Below are positions 13,410 to 27,341 of a DNA stretch of 64,000 nucleotides, one piece after another; within the stretch, counting starts at the first letter, position 1; each line of letters starts with the position of its first letter. Where the stretch lies: contig OX597828.1 of NCBI GenBank assembly GCA_951406725.2, positions 77,128,001 to 77,192,000 of the forward strand, given 5' to 3'. Under the pieces are notes generated by a model. The model searched no databases and was not told the origin of the DNA. It was given only the letters and a program-made list of their open reading frames with translations. This stretch comes from Octopus vulgaris. Lineage: Eukaryota. A program made the position numbers and the translations under genes.

Positions 13410-13821
13410 TCTTTATTTTTGGAATATGGGGCTCCTTGTCACAGGACTAGAAAGACCAAGATTTGTTGGAAGAGAATGGCATTAAAAAGCTTCCGTGGCC
13501 AAGTCATTCACCAGATATGGACCCTATAGAAAACCCCTCGGGCATAATGGACAGAAAGTTCGTAAAAAACGAGAAAGCATTCTCAAAACAAGATCTTTTG
13601 ATATTACTGCCTGAAACTTGACATGAAATTCCTCAAGAGAATACCCGTCATCTGATAAGTAGCAATTCCAACAGGGACCCTGCGTTGAAAAATGCAACGG
13701 GCATGTCTACTAAATATTAGATATTCACATTATAATAACTGATAAATAATATGAATGCATAATTTCAGATTTAAATCAATTTTAATGTTTATAAGGGTGT
13801 CTATTTACTTCTGTCATTCCG

Positions 13822-13822
<1 letters not shown>
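13410..13822 (+). mobile_element. Tc1-like transposase 3' fragment with right end
   Basis: GAPCH, PWPSHSPDMDPIEN (13493-13534) and C-terminal GMSTKY*, then a probable terminal repeat abutting (TA)n. Confidence 0.8.
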
Positions 13823-13908
<86 letters not shown>

Positions 13909-13912
13909 ATCT

Positions 13913-14140
13913 ATTGATAGAAATGGTAAGACAACAAAAGAAAGAAAGAGACCTCGATATTATGTAAATAGAGGAATTTATCTGTAAATATATGTGACAA
14001 TTATTCGTTAGCCATGATAAAACTCCGAGTTTTCATATCATTTTTTCCGATGGACCAATAACTGAAGAGATGGCGGCATGGGTTTCTGCACCGGCATCCG
14101 AAACTCGGAGTTTTATCATGGCTACTGAATAATTGTCAGG
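13913..14140. mobile_element. PLE-like non-autonomous element with a tails-out inverted repeat (about 13995-14032 / 14101-14138)
   Basis: Same family as 31547-31790 (shared start TTGATAGAAATGGTAAGACAAC). Lies between microsatellites. Confidence 0.8.
14058..14116 (+). ncRNA. Type I hammerhead ribozyme motif
   Basis: AUAA-CUGAAGA-GAUG..CGG...CCG..CAUC-C-GAAA-CUCGGAG-UU-UUAU. Stem I is AUAA/UUAU, triplet GUU. Confidence 0.75.
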
Positions 14141-15158
14141 TATTATATTTGTATGCATATATTGATATATCCATGCTATATATATATATATATATATATA
14201 TGTGTATGTGTGTATGTGTGTGTGCGTATGTGTGTATTATTGATATATCCATTATATATATATATATATATATATAAACACACATATATATAAACACACA
14301 TATATATGTACATATATATAATATATAATATATATTATGTTATTATGCATATATATATATGATATGCATGCGTGTGTGTATTTGTGTGTCTGTGTGTCTT
14401 CCTGACTGTGTGTTTCCCAGAGTGTGTGTGTTTGTGTCCATGTCTGTAATTGGATATTTGAAACAACACTGAGTGTAAAGGCGAATGCTATTTGTTAAAA
14501 AATAAAAGCGTGAATTCCTGATTCAAAAAAAAATAGTTACGGTTAGAACCAGTACCAGCGTCCAGTAGTTGGGTCGATTGTGCTAGACCTCACCATTTGA
14601 ACATTCTACTCCAGTATGGCCATTCGCCAAAGACTGAAACCATTAGTAGAATAAAATAATATCTAGATATATATCATCGATGTTACATGCAAGAGGATGC
14701 AGTCAAAGGTTTCCGAGCTTCAAAGGAAGTTATAACAAACCTGCGTTGCATATTATTATCCTACTGCACACATTTGTGATTGACTTATTTTCGCCTATGC
14801 GCAAGCGCCTATCACTTGTAAAATCACTCTTTCGTTTTATGAATCAATCTTCAGTTTTTATTCTTCTTCTCGCTTATTCCTCCCCTTCTATCAATTTCTT
14901 TCTTTCATTCTGCTCCTTTTATATATGTTCCTCTCCTTCACACACACAACCTCAAACGCAAACACGAGCACACACACACATGCTCGTATACACGTAAACC
15001 TACGCACGCGGTAACTATGTACGTACCTATAGATGCTGGAGATTCATATTTCCATGCGATAAATATATAGATAAGAGTATGGTTGTGAAAGCACCGCCCT
15101 ACTTACGCAGGTATACATGCATATATCTATAGATGGATAATTGGTCGGCTAGAGATAA

Positions 15159-15467
<309 letters not shown>

Positions 15468-16756
15468 TGTATATGTGTATGTATATGTGTATGTATATGT
15501 GTATATGAATAACAAGAGAGAATAATGATTCTAGACCAGCCAACATCGTATTTGCAAATGGCCCCGAAAGACTTGGCATACTAACACAAGCTCCTAGTTC
15601 AAAGGTACAGCAAGCAAATAAAAGGACTTGCTTTACGATTTGTGGGAGTTGAAAAACAAGCCAAGTAGTGAGATATTGATAGATTTTATTTTCCCATTTT
15701 TACACATTAAACACGTCGTAAAATTTCACTTGAAGTTACTTTCTGAAAAGAACAGCATTTCCGCAAGGGATTTCGATATGAGAAATAGAAAAAGAAAAGA
15801 AGTCAAAGGTAAAAAGGGAAATGCTATTTTACATTTCTTGGCAATTCATTATCGATGAGGTTTGGTACTTTGAAAGTAAATAACATATAAACCTAGATAA
15901 TATCAGGTGACTGGTGTATGATTGCATGCGTAGTTTATGCAGAGATCCGAGAAGTGACCGCTTGAGTCTGTAATGTTCCAGGCATTCAGCCAAGATGTAA
16001 GCAGTTCGTATCCTGTTTCCTGCTGTGTTATGTGGTGAGAACACTTCACTTTCAAATACATCCTTTGGTTCAAATCCTTCTAATTTGTCATATCAGGTTT
16101 GTAAACTCCTATTTAGCAGTGGAAGCAACTCTATGTCTACAGATTTCACGAGTGTTTCATTGGTTTGCAGTGTCAGGGAATCAATTTGTCTCGACGATAA
16201 ACATCCCTGCAATAAAATCCACGATCACTTCCGAAAGTTTTATATTGTTTTGCTTTAATATTGCAGAAGATAGAGATAAGCAAATGCCGTGTGGCTATTA
16301 GTGGTTTAAAAAAGAACAAAATATAGGATTAGCGTGTTTTGTTTTTATGTGGGCATAACCTAAGTTTTACTTTGGCAAAATATAGAAGCAAAATATATTA
16401 AGGGAAGTGTTTAATGGAAATAAACCAGCGGTTTCCAACACTTTACCAACGAGATCCATTTTCCTAAATCAATAATCTTTTGCCGTCCTTTTTAAATATA
16501 TTCCTATGAACCACACTGGAATATATTTAAAAGCACTTAATGAAGTGTATGCTGTATAATGGGACCAGCAAACAGTGTTGATTTTTACAGCCACCGAAAA
16601 CGCAGAGAATTCGCTATAGACGTCATTAGCGATGAGATCCTGTGAAAGTGAATAACCTCCACAAGCAACAGGGAACGAGAGAATTATTGAGATTCCTCAC
16701 GAAAACATGAACCACGCCATTTTTGCTATATCTCTGTAGTATGGCAATCAAATTTT

Positions 16757-17165
16757 AGCACAAGGCCTGAAATTTCGGAGGAGAGGGTAAGTTGATTAGA
16801 TCGACCCCAGTACTCAACTGCTACTTATTTTATTCAGCCGAAAAGATGAAAGGTAGAGTTGACCTTGGCGGAATTTGAACTCAGACGTGAACACTGACGA
16901 AACAATGCTAAGCAATTTGTCTGGTTTGCTAATGATTCTGCCAGCTCGCCATCTTATTATATATCTGTAATACTGGCTTCAAATTTTGACACAAGGCCAG
17001 CAATGTTGTGGGTGGAGTTAAGTCGCTTACATCAACCTCAATGCTCAGGTAGTACCCCCGAAATGCTGGAAGGCAAAGTCGACCTCAGCGGAGTTGAGCT
17101 CAGAACATAAGGACAGACCAAGCACCGCTAAGCATTTTGCCCCGTCGTGATTCGGCCTTCTTGTC
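16757..17165 (-). mobile_element. Two tandem diverged SINE family B copies
   Basis: The reverse complement of the family B head and central domain appears twice (16757-16954 and 16975-17165). Confidence 0.8.
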
Positions 17166-18604
17166 CCTTTATATATACCTGTAATATTAAAACGAATAAT
17201 TCATCGACTGTGGACCGACGATGTTATCTTTGGTGGTAGATTCAAGCGGTGAATCCCTTTTATTTTCCTTTGGGACACCAAACCATCAAATACTTGCACC
17301 AGGTACAAACCTAATCGCAATTTAAGGATCTCAGTAACAGGATTTTTTTTTTTTTGTTAAGTGACGTTTGTTGAGCAACACCGTCTGCTTTCCCTGCGAT
17401 TTATACTTCTTTCCAAGACAAGCAAAATCAAACTTGATTTGATATTCTGGTTAAAAAAAAAGCTTTCCCACCTTTCTGGTTTGGAAAATTGTTACAAACA
17501 CATTAATAGTGAAAAAAATATCATAATTTTGGTTAAATAAGAGAGATTTCTCGCCCTTGTAACTGGGAAAATTATTACAAAAACATTAATAGTGAAAACA
17601 ATATCATTCTTTTTCAAAAGTTTTTTTCAGTTAGGCTTTAAATATGATACACAGATTCTTCTTTCAAACTAATGCTACTTCTCTCGCACATAACGAATTT
17701 TTATTCAGCCTGTCTACTATTGGTGACATCAGTGACTTTTCAGGCATTGTTTTACGATATCAGTAACAGTAAAATTTTTCTTAGCAAATGTTCGCCAGGA
17801 GATCCTTGCTACGGACGAACTGAAAGAGATAGAAATTCACATCTCACAATACCACCAATGCTACTCACCTATTTTCGTCTGCTACTGGTATATATTTGTG
17901 TGTCTTTTAACACTGTACGTCTATGAGAGATATCGCAGAATGAACATTGCAGTTAATTAGGCTTTCCATGATGTATCTGAATTACGAATGGTAGACAGAT
18001 TGCAATTTTAAACTAATACCGCTTCTGCTGCGCATAACAAACAATTTCTTTTGTTTTTGTACAACACACTCAAAAGTACAGTAAAAATTGCATTTGCATT
18101 TTGACATTTGTTTAAATAATGATAAAATTCCAGTTAATAAATAGGATAAAGTTTAGCTAATTTTTATGAAGAAATCACTTCAAGTTCTGCATGTACCACA
18201 TTCTATTTGCTTTTGTTAAACTGTAATATTTTACACAACAATTGGCCCAATATTTAATTAGATATGCAAATCAGTTAATTACTAATTTAAATTTTACTTA
18301 TGCAAATGAGGCACAACAGCTTTTTAAGAAATGTTCAGCTGGCCTACCTTCCTCGATAATTTTGTTAAATATTTTATTTTTCAATAAAATCTTATGGATG
18401 TATCTATAAATAGTAACTCCATCTTTCATTAAAACATACACAGTTGTTTGTGTGCCATTCTCGCTGTGCAGAAAATCTAAATCAACCAACAGAACAAATT
18501 ATTTTTGTAGTCCTGTGCCACAAGGGAGGGGAAATCCCAAAAATGATTAAAAAGATTAATAAAAAAGATCGATGGGAGGGAATTAGAACCTGTATCAAGA
18601 ACCT

Positions 18605-18830
18605 TAATTGGCCTCCGCAGGTAGCTGCGGAGGTCGTGTAGGAAAAAAACATGTTTGAGGTAATGAAGTCCTTCGCTGAGGACACATTTCGCTTTTTGTC
18701 GAAAAGTCCCGACCTAGCACCATCGAGGTGCTTGAGTGTAGCATCGAGCCTGGTCGGGTGACGGCGGGGCGGAAAAATTAAGGGGCTCAGTGCGTCGTAG
18801 AGTGAATCAACGTTAAAGTAAGAGGTTTAA
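18605..18830. mobile_element. GC-rich repeat-like segment with a terminal hairpin (possible Helentron/HINE-type element)
   Basis: Hairpin GGCCTCCGCAG-GTAG-CTGCGGAGGTC at 18610-18635 at the edge of a GC-rich block. Confidence 0.4.
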
Positions 18831-18960
18831 TGCCGCGGCCTGTTGCTTTGTTTTTGTGTTTGTTGTTTGTAAGAAGCTCAGAGCCTCGCTTTGAGAATGA
18901 ACTATGGAACTAAAGTAAGACGTTTTATACCTCGTATTGTTTTTTTCTTTTTTTTTTCTT

Positions 18961-19354
18961 TTTACTTGTTTCAGTCATTTGACTGCGGTCATGCTGGAGC
19001 ACCGCCTTTAGTCGAGCAAATCGACCCCGGGACTTATTCTTTGTAAGCCCAGTACTTATTCTATCGATCTCTTTTGCCGAACCGCTAAGTGACGGAGACG
19101 TAAACACACCAGCATCGGTTGTCAAGCAATGCTAGGGGGACAAACACAGACACACAAACACAGACACACACACAAACACATATATATACATATATACGAC
19201 GGGCTTCTTTCAGTTTCCGTCTACCAAATCCACTCACAAGGCATTGGTCGGCCCGGGGCTATAGCAGAAGACACTTGCCCAAGATGCCACGCAGTGGGAC
19301 TGAACCCGGAACCATGTGGTTGATTAGCAAGCTACTTACCACAGAGCCACTCCT
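18961..19354 (-). mobile_element. SINE family A, full length
   Basis: Matches the other family A copies from head to tail. Confidence 0.92.
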
Positions 19355-19538
19355 CTGCCTATTGTTTTTACTGTGTAAAAAAAAAAAAAATGCTGTTTTA
19401 GAGAAGCAAAAAATGGGCGGCGGGCGTTTGTTTGTCTTCTCCCATCAATATCATCCTTTCCTATCATTCATCTCATCAATGTTTTTGTCCAGCCCGAAAG
19501 CTGCTCTGTGTTATGCCTTTATGGCAAACTTTTGAAAT

Positions 19539-19930
19539 AAAGTAGCTTGCTTACCGACCACATGGTTCCGAGTTCAGTCCCACTGCGTGGTACCTTGGGC
19601 AACTGTCGTCTACTATAGCCTCAGGCCAACCAAAGCCTTGTGAGTGCATTTGGTAGATGGAAACTGAAAGAAGCCCATTATATAATAATATGTGTGTGTG
19701 TGTGTATGTATATATATATATATGTTTGTATGTATACATGTTTGTGTCTCTGTGTTTGTCTCCCCAACATCGCTTGACAACCGATGCTGGCGTGTTTACG
19801 TCCCCGTAACTTATCTGTTTGGTAAAAGAGACTAATATAATAAGTACTAGGCTGACAAAGAATAGGTCCTGGTGTCATTTGACTGCTCCAGCATGGTCGC
19901 AGTCAAATGACTGAAACAAATAAATGAATA
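19539..19930 (+). mobile_element. SINE family A, slightly 5'-truncated
   Basis: Inverted relative to the copy at 18961-19354. Confidence 0.9.
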
Positions 19931-19989
19931 AAAGAAGAGAATCATATTATTGTTGATGGTGTTAGTCTTTAAAGAGTCAAAAAGGCCAG

Positions 19990-20220
19990 GACTTAAACAA
20001 GAGGACTCGAGTAGTTCAAGTGACCTTAAGTGCGTTACATAAAACCATATTTCGCAGCTAGTATTGAGTACTACAGTTGGTGTTATTACATTTGCAAGCG
20101 ACATGTTGATGTATTGGCTGCAGTACTCAAGAATAATCCATGTTGTATAGAGACGGAGGTTTGCACGTGTAAAAGAGCTGATAATGGCCATTCTCAATAG
20201 AAAGCTGTGCGGGTTCCAGC
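19990..20220 (-). pseudogene. CR1-like LINE ORF2 C-terminal remnant
   Basis: LRLYTTWIILEYCSQ...YVTHLRSLEL resembles the LY..(VRP)LEYCS..W and Y.ERL..L.L motifs. Confidence 0.5.
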
Positions 20221-20307
20221 ACATAAATAAATTCAGAAAAAAAATATATGTGGGTATATAAGTGTATGTGTGTGTGTGTATACGCACACACATATATATA
20301 TACATAT

Positions 20308-20339
<32 letters not shown>

Positions 20340-20404
20340 ACGTATACACACAAACACACACACACATATATTTTTATATATGTATATATATATATATATA
20401 TATA

Positions 20405-20615
20405 TAAAATGTTGGCACAAGATCAGCAATTTCTGTGTCGGGGTAAAATCTATTACAGTGTTCCCCAGTTTTCAACTGGACCTTATTTTATCGACTCCGA
20501 ATGAATGAAGGGAAAAGTCGACTGCGACGAAATTTAAACGCCGAACAGGAAGACAGACGAAATGCCGCTAAGCATTTTGCCCACATCTTCTAAAGTTTCT
20601 GCCACCTCACCGCCA
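20405..20615 (-). mobile_element. SINE family B, diverged
   Basis: GAATGAAGGGAAAAGTCGAC...GACGAAATGCCGCTAAGCATTTTGCCC. Confidence 0.75.
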
Positions 20616-21283
20616 TATTGTCCTTTAGCACACACCGTGTTCTCTAGAATTGTTTCCTCTGCCTGTTACTACAAGGGAGAAAACTAATATGGTGGCATGA
20701 TGCGCCTGAACTGTTAATTGGTAATATTGGTATCTATCAAAACAATTCTGTTTTCTCTATAACTATAAATAAATAGGTTGTTGGACAAATTATCCTACGC
20801 CATTTTTATGTCAGGCCGGTTATTAGCTCACTTCCCGGCCTCGGGACGCATTCTTGCTCATCCTTTCAGGCCGATGTATTAAAACACCACCAGACATGTA
20901 ATGTTCCGGCATAGCCATCTTCTAATCATTGACACCAGTTAAAAATATTATTTTAACGCCCAGACGTAGAAGTATTGCCCCTGGGTATAGCTATGGTACC
21001 GACCTAGATGTGGTATCAGTGATTCGATAAAATATTCGTATTCGTTTATTGCTATTTTACAATCGAACGGAGAATATGGATATAAAAAATAAACAGGCGT
21101 GCAGAGGAGAATAGAGGCGGGAGAATCACCTTCATGGCTTCACACTACATTTCCATGTATACACAGATGTGTGAATATACATGCATACACACACACACAC
21201 ACAAATATATATACATATATACACACATGTGTATATGTGTGTGTACATATACACACATCTATGTGTTGTAGGTGTGTATGTGC

Positions 21284-21340
<57 letters not shown>

Positions 21341-21461
21341 GCATGTATTTATACATGTATATATGTACACAAGTATGCAAATGTGTGTGTGGTGTGTGTG
21401 TGGTGTGTATGTGTGGTGTGTGTGTTTGAGTATACGGATATATATACGTATATATATGTGT

Positions 21462-21497
<36 letters not shown>

Positions 21498-21621
21498 ACA
21501 CATATACATATACATATACATATATATGTACATATGTGTCGATATATAGATATGATGTATTTTGAAAACAGAAGTTTATATATATTCCTATATGTGAGTA
21601 TATATAAGCGTGTGCGTGCGA

Positions 21622-21711
<90 letters not shown>

Positions 21712-21833
21712 GTGTGTGTGTGAAAGTTTATGTGCGTATACAATGTTCAGAAGATAAATGCGTCTGCCTACGTTTATAGTCTCGATATATTGTTTATTGG
21801 TTCGTGTGTACGCATGCGTAGGGTCAGTGCCAG

Positions 21834-21937
<104 letters not shown>

Positions 21938-22361
21938 CATATATACAGATATATATATCGATGTATGCATAAATGTATAACTATGTTTGTGAGTGTATAG
22001 TTAGATATATATATCTTGCGTGTTTGTGCTTACAAGCATAAATCTATATTTTGATTTTCTTTGCCTTCTCTCCCCTCTAATGGCTGCGTTGATTAGAGGG
22101 TGGACGTGCAAAGTAAATGGCGAAAGCAAAGACATTACTCCAACAACGGATATAATAGTCGACGTGTCAGCAGCTTTATAGCCATACAATGTTGTATGTG
22201 TTTTGTATGTGTGTGTGTGTGTATCTGTGTGCGATGTGTGTATGTTTGTGAGTGTGTCTATGTTTGTGCGTGTGTGTGTACGTACGAACTTGCATGTGCC
22301 TACAGGAAGACGAAAAGAGATTGGAATATATGAATATGTAAATATATATATATGCATATAA

Positions 22362-22401
<40 letters not shown>

Positions 22402-22669
22402 ATACATATATATAATGTATATACATGTATATATGCAGGTATATATATTTTTATACATATATATATATTTATAAATGTATGCATATATTTACATATGCAT
22501 ATAACGTGTGTATGCGTGAGCGTATTTCAGCGTGTGTATGTGTGTGTTTGCACAATAAAAATTACTCTTGTGTATACACTAAAGTTTTAGCAACAAACAT
22601 TCAAATATGTTTTACGTACTTACCTGCATGCGAATATTGGAATATATGTCCATATATACACATACACAC

Positions 22670-22794
<125 letters not shown>

Positions 22795-22831
22795 TATATG
22801 TCTCTATGTATGTATGTATGTATGTATGTAT

Positions 22832-22867
<36 letters not shown>

Positions 22868-22953
22868 TGGTAATTTATGTCTGTTGATGTGTGTTTACAT
22901 ATTATTAAATATAAATTCATACATATCTAACTATACGTATGCACACACACACA

Positions 22954-23008
<55 letters not shown>

Positions 23009-23271
23009 TATACATACATACATACCTACATACACACAGCGATACATATGGGGGTAAGGCTGTCGAAATACGTGGTTTTATTGTTGAATTTAATTTTCTA
23101 AATTGACCTCACACCACCATACAATCAATATAATAAACAAATTTGTTTTGAGATGAAATATGTCTGGCGTAGGCTTATTACAAATGTTGCTAAATGTGTC
23201 TCCGCATCTACCGTAACGCCAAGAAAAACGTAAACACACACACATACCATAAACATGTATATCAAACGTAT

Positions 23272-23362
<91 letters not shown>

Positions 23363-23406
23363 CAATAGTAGTAGTAGGAGTAGTAGGAGTAGTAGGAGTA
23401 GTAGGA
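23272..23406. repeat. (GTA)n microsatellite
   Basis: Seen directly. Confidence 0.95.
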
Positions 23407-23710
23407 AGGTGGAAGGGAGGCAGATGATTGATATACAAGTATGTCTGTGTTTATAGGAGTTGGAATTTGTTATTTGTTGTTTGTTGTCTCTTGTCCTCTC
23501 AATATGCATTTATGACGAAAATTAATAGAAAAATTTACGCCTCAACACACAGACATACATGTGCTACACACTCACACATTCACCCCTCCGCTCATGCACA
23601 CACACTCACGGCCTTATATATGTGGGTGTATATATATATATATATATATACGTATGTGTGTATATACTTATATATGTATATATATATATATATATACGTA
23701 TATATGTATC

Positions 23711-23744
<34 letters not shown>

Positions 23745-23905
23745 GTATATACATATTATGTATATATATATACATATGTGTGTGTGTGCATATAAGTATA
23801 TATGTATATATATATATATGCATGTATGTATATATATATATGTCTGTGTATGTATGTATATGTATATATATACATATATATATATATACATATATACTTA
23901 TTATA

Positions 23906-23952
<47 letters not shown>

Positions 23953-24902
23953 TTATATATACATATATATATATAATATGTATATACATATATATTTATT
24001 ATACTTATATACATATACATACATATATAGATATAGATATCCTTGTGTGTAATTTGCATCTGTTTTGTTTTAGTTCAATCTGAATTTGTTTACAAATGAT
24101 ATTGTTAAGAATACTGAGAAAAATCAGTATGAGAGGGCGTTAACTTTAATTACTATTTGTTTCTCATGCACCAGACATCGATGGAGAATGATTCTGCGAC
24201 GCAATCTTCCCCTAAATTTCGTTCCACCCTCTCTCTCTCTCACTCATTCTTTTTTTTTTTCGCACTCTCTAATTATCGAGAAATTGAAAATAATTCTTGC
24301 TAACTAACGTGCCAAGAAAGAAAGCCCTGCTTGCTATCGTGTCCTTGTAGAAACAGTAACTGCATTTCGCTGTTGTTTTGGGGTTTCTTATAACGGAAGA
24401 ACGCAATGGAGGATGTAGTCTTAGACACCCATAAACAAAACATGAAATATGGTCGCTCCTACATCGGTTCGAGTCTGACTCACGACTAATCATCATAGCC
24501 AAAAGCAATAAATATTCATGTTCCAAAAGTATACATAACTAATACTAAATGCAGAAGAGCATCCACCAGAGTCGACGATGAATTCCAACGGATGCAAGCA
24601 ACTAAGAATTCCAAGTGATCCTACCATTTAGGCAAACAAAATAGCGAGACAGTTCTGGACGTGGTTCAATTAGGGTCCATATAATACTGTAATAGGAATG
24701 GTATAAGGAATGCATGGGTGTCAGAGGCAGTATTGGTAAGGCTAGTAGTGTTCTGAATTATGTTGTGTTCATGCTAAGTTGTGCATGATATTTATTGATG
24801 AAAGTTGCTTCTTTCTTCATTCTTTGCTATACTGAGGTGTTTTGTGAACTTTGATAGAAGGGGACCACTTCTATCAATGTTCATATATATATAGATAGAT
24901 AT

Positions 24903-24999
<97 letters not shown>

Positions 25000-25009
25000 A
25001 CATATAGGT

Positions 25010-25085
<76 letters not shown>

Positions 25086-25086
<1 letters not shown>

Positions 25087-26392
25087 GAGGGACGTTCAAT
25101 AAGTAATGCTTCTGACCCACTTGCAGTTGTTTGATCTAGCTGAAATTTTGAGACAAAATTTTGCATGTGCAATTATTTATATCTCTATAGAGTAATTGGC
25201 AAATTACAGCAGCTCTGAATTAATTGTGGTTTCTGATTTACAGGTGTTTGAACCGAGTCAAGTGTGAAATGGAGCCTGTTGAGTGTCGAGCAGTGATCCG
25301 GTTTTTGTATTTGAAAGGATGCACACCACGGGAGACTTTTGATGAAATGAAAGTAACTTATGGTGATGATGCCCCATCATATGACCTTGTAAAACGCTGG
25401 CATCGTGAATTCAAACATGGTCGGAACTCTGTGGAAACAGCTCCCAGATCTGGTCGCCCCCTTCTGCCATTGATGAGGCAATTGTCCGTCAAGTTGAGGC
25501 TGCCATTTTGGAAGATCGACGCATAATTATTCGCCAAATAGCCCATGAGGTCAAGATTAGTACCGGGTCTGTGGAAACTATCACTCATGACCATTTGCAT
25601 ATGCAAAAGGTGTCTGCCAGATGGATTCCCAGGTTGCTCACGCCTTTCCAGAAGCAAGAACGCGTCGAATGCTCGAGGGTGAATTTGGAGATGTGCCAAG
25701 AAGATGAGTCAAATTTTTTCAAAATACTGATTACACAGGATGAAACCTGCGTCCATCCCGATGATCCAGAGACCAAAGCCCAGTCAATGCAGTGGAAGCA
25801 CCGTGACTCACCCCCTCCAAAGAAGGCAAGGGTGCAGCCCTCCGCTGGCAAGGTCATGTTCACAGTCTTCTGGGACCAGGACGGAGTAGTGGTGACAGAT
25901 TTCCTGGCAAAGGGTACCACAATTGCAGGAGCCTATTATGCTTCACTTTTGAGGAGATTAAGAGAAGTTATCAAAATCAAGAGGCGGGGCAAGATCAGCA
26001 AAGGCATCCTCCTCCTGCAGGACAACGATCCGGTCCACAACTCGCTTGTCGCCAGATCAGAAGCACAGGCGTATGGCTATGAACTCCTCCCCCATCCCCC
26101 TACTTTCCTGACCTTGCACCCTATGATTTTCACCTCTTCCCAATCATGAAGTTGTTTTTGAAAGGAAAGCGTTTCCCAGATGATGCAGCCTTGATTTCTG
26201 AAGTCACGTTAAGGTTGGAGGACCAAGCTGGGTTCTTCTACAAAAACGGTCTCCAGAGCCGCATCAAACAATGGGAGAAATGCGTAACTCTGGGTGGTTC
26301 CTAAGTAGAAAAAGACTAATAAATGTGCCAAGTTTCGTTGCTCTACTGCTATGGGAAGTGGGTCAGGAGCATTACTTATTGAACGCCCCTCG
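25086..26392 (+). mobile_element. Full-length mariner transposon (1307 bp, irritans-like)
   Basis: 37-bp TIRs at 25086-25122 and 26356-26392 with 2 mismatches, TA on both sides, inserted in (TA)n. Confidence 0.97.
25269..26319 (+). pseudogene. Mariner DD34D transposase pseudogene
   Basis: HTH region ending PRSGRP, then WIPRLL, TQDET, SAGKVM, QDND and YFPDLAPYD. Frameshifts near 25460 and 26100, and a premature TAA at 26302 before VEKD*. Confidence 0.95.
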
Positions 26393-26474
<82 letters not shown>

Positions 26475-26762
26475 GTATGACCTAGTGGTTAGGGCTTTAC
26501 ACTCATGATCGCAAGATCGTAGTTTCAATACCTCATCACAGAGTTGCTTTGTGTTCTTGAAACAAGGACTTCATCTCATATAGCTCTGCCATCGCTTCGA
26601 TACATAACATGTGGTAAACCGTTCAGGCAACATGGATTTCATGGAGGAACTGAACTAATGCTCAGCACATACATTTGATCACCATAAACAAACCATATGT
26701 ACAGGTGGTTCATCAAGCACTGAACACTCATTTGTCACCTTTGATGGGAAACCAAGCTAGTT
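26475..26762 (+). mobile_element. Diverged tRNA-derived SINE (family C-like head)
   Basis: TGACCTAGTGGTTAGGG...AGTTTCAATACC then GTGTTCTTGAAACAAG, followed by (TACA)n. Confidence 0.6.
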
Positions 26763-26933
26763 GTTATACATACATACATACATACATACATACATACATA
26801 CTTACATACATACATACATACATACTTACATACATACATACATACTTACATACATACATACTTACATACATACTTACATACATATATACATACATACTTA
26901 CATACATACATTCATACATACATACATACATAC

Positions 26934-26964
<31 letters not shown>

Positions 26965-26970
26965 CATACT

Positions 26971-27187
26971 CACCGGTTGCGGCATAAATATTTACCCATT
27001 ATTCAGATTATAATAAAATAAAAAGTTTTAGGTTTCGCTTAATGAAAGTTTACAGAATTTTACATATATTTACAATTCAAAATGGTCACCGTTCGCTTTC
27101 ATCATAACCCTTAATTGTTTTCTCAAGTGAAGTGCATGACTGACTATGATTAAATAATCGGTAAACGTATATGCCGCGCCACCTGTG
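26971..27187. mobile_element. MITE with degenerate TIRs of about 33 bp
   Basis: Left end CACCGGTTGCGGCATAAATATTTACCCATTATT; reverse complement of the right end CACAGGTGGCGCGGCATATACGTTTACCGATTATT. Confidence 0.65.
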
Positions 27188-27219
27188 CATGTGTATATAT
27201 GTATGTATATCTGTTTGTG

Positions 27220-27258
<39 letters not shown>

Positions 27259-27341
27259 CACAAAAAAAACTCCAAAAGACGAGGACAGGTGGTGTAGGCA
27301 TCAAACAGATGTATTAGAATAACGCTCGGGAAGTGAAAAAG

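Noticed and set aside
14823-14858. Minus-strand CTGAAGA...GAAA
   Set aside because: No stem II pairing and no UH triplet, so a chance match.
15620-16260. Possible decayed Tigger/pogo transposase on the minus strand (KLEGFEPKDVF)
   Set aside because: Only one weak motif and no recognisable catalytic residues or TIRs. It needs BLASTX.
18672-18712. CTGAGGA...GAAAAGTC hammerhead-like string
   Set aside because: Stem II pairs only by consuming the core GA, and stems I and III do not form properly.
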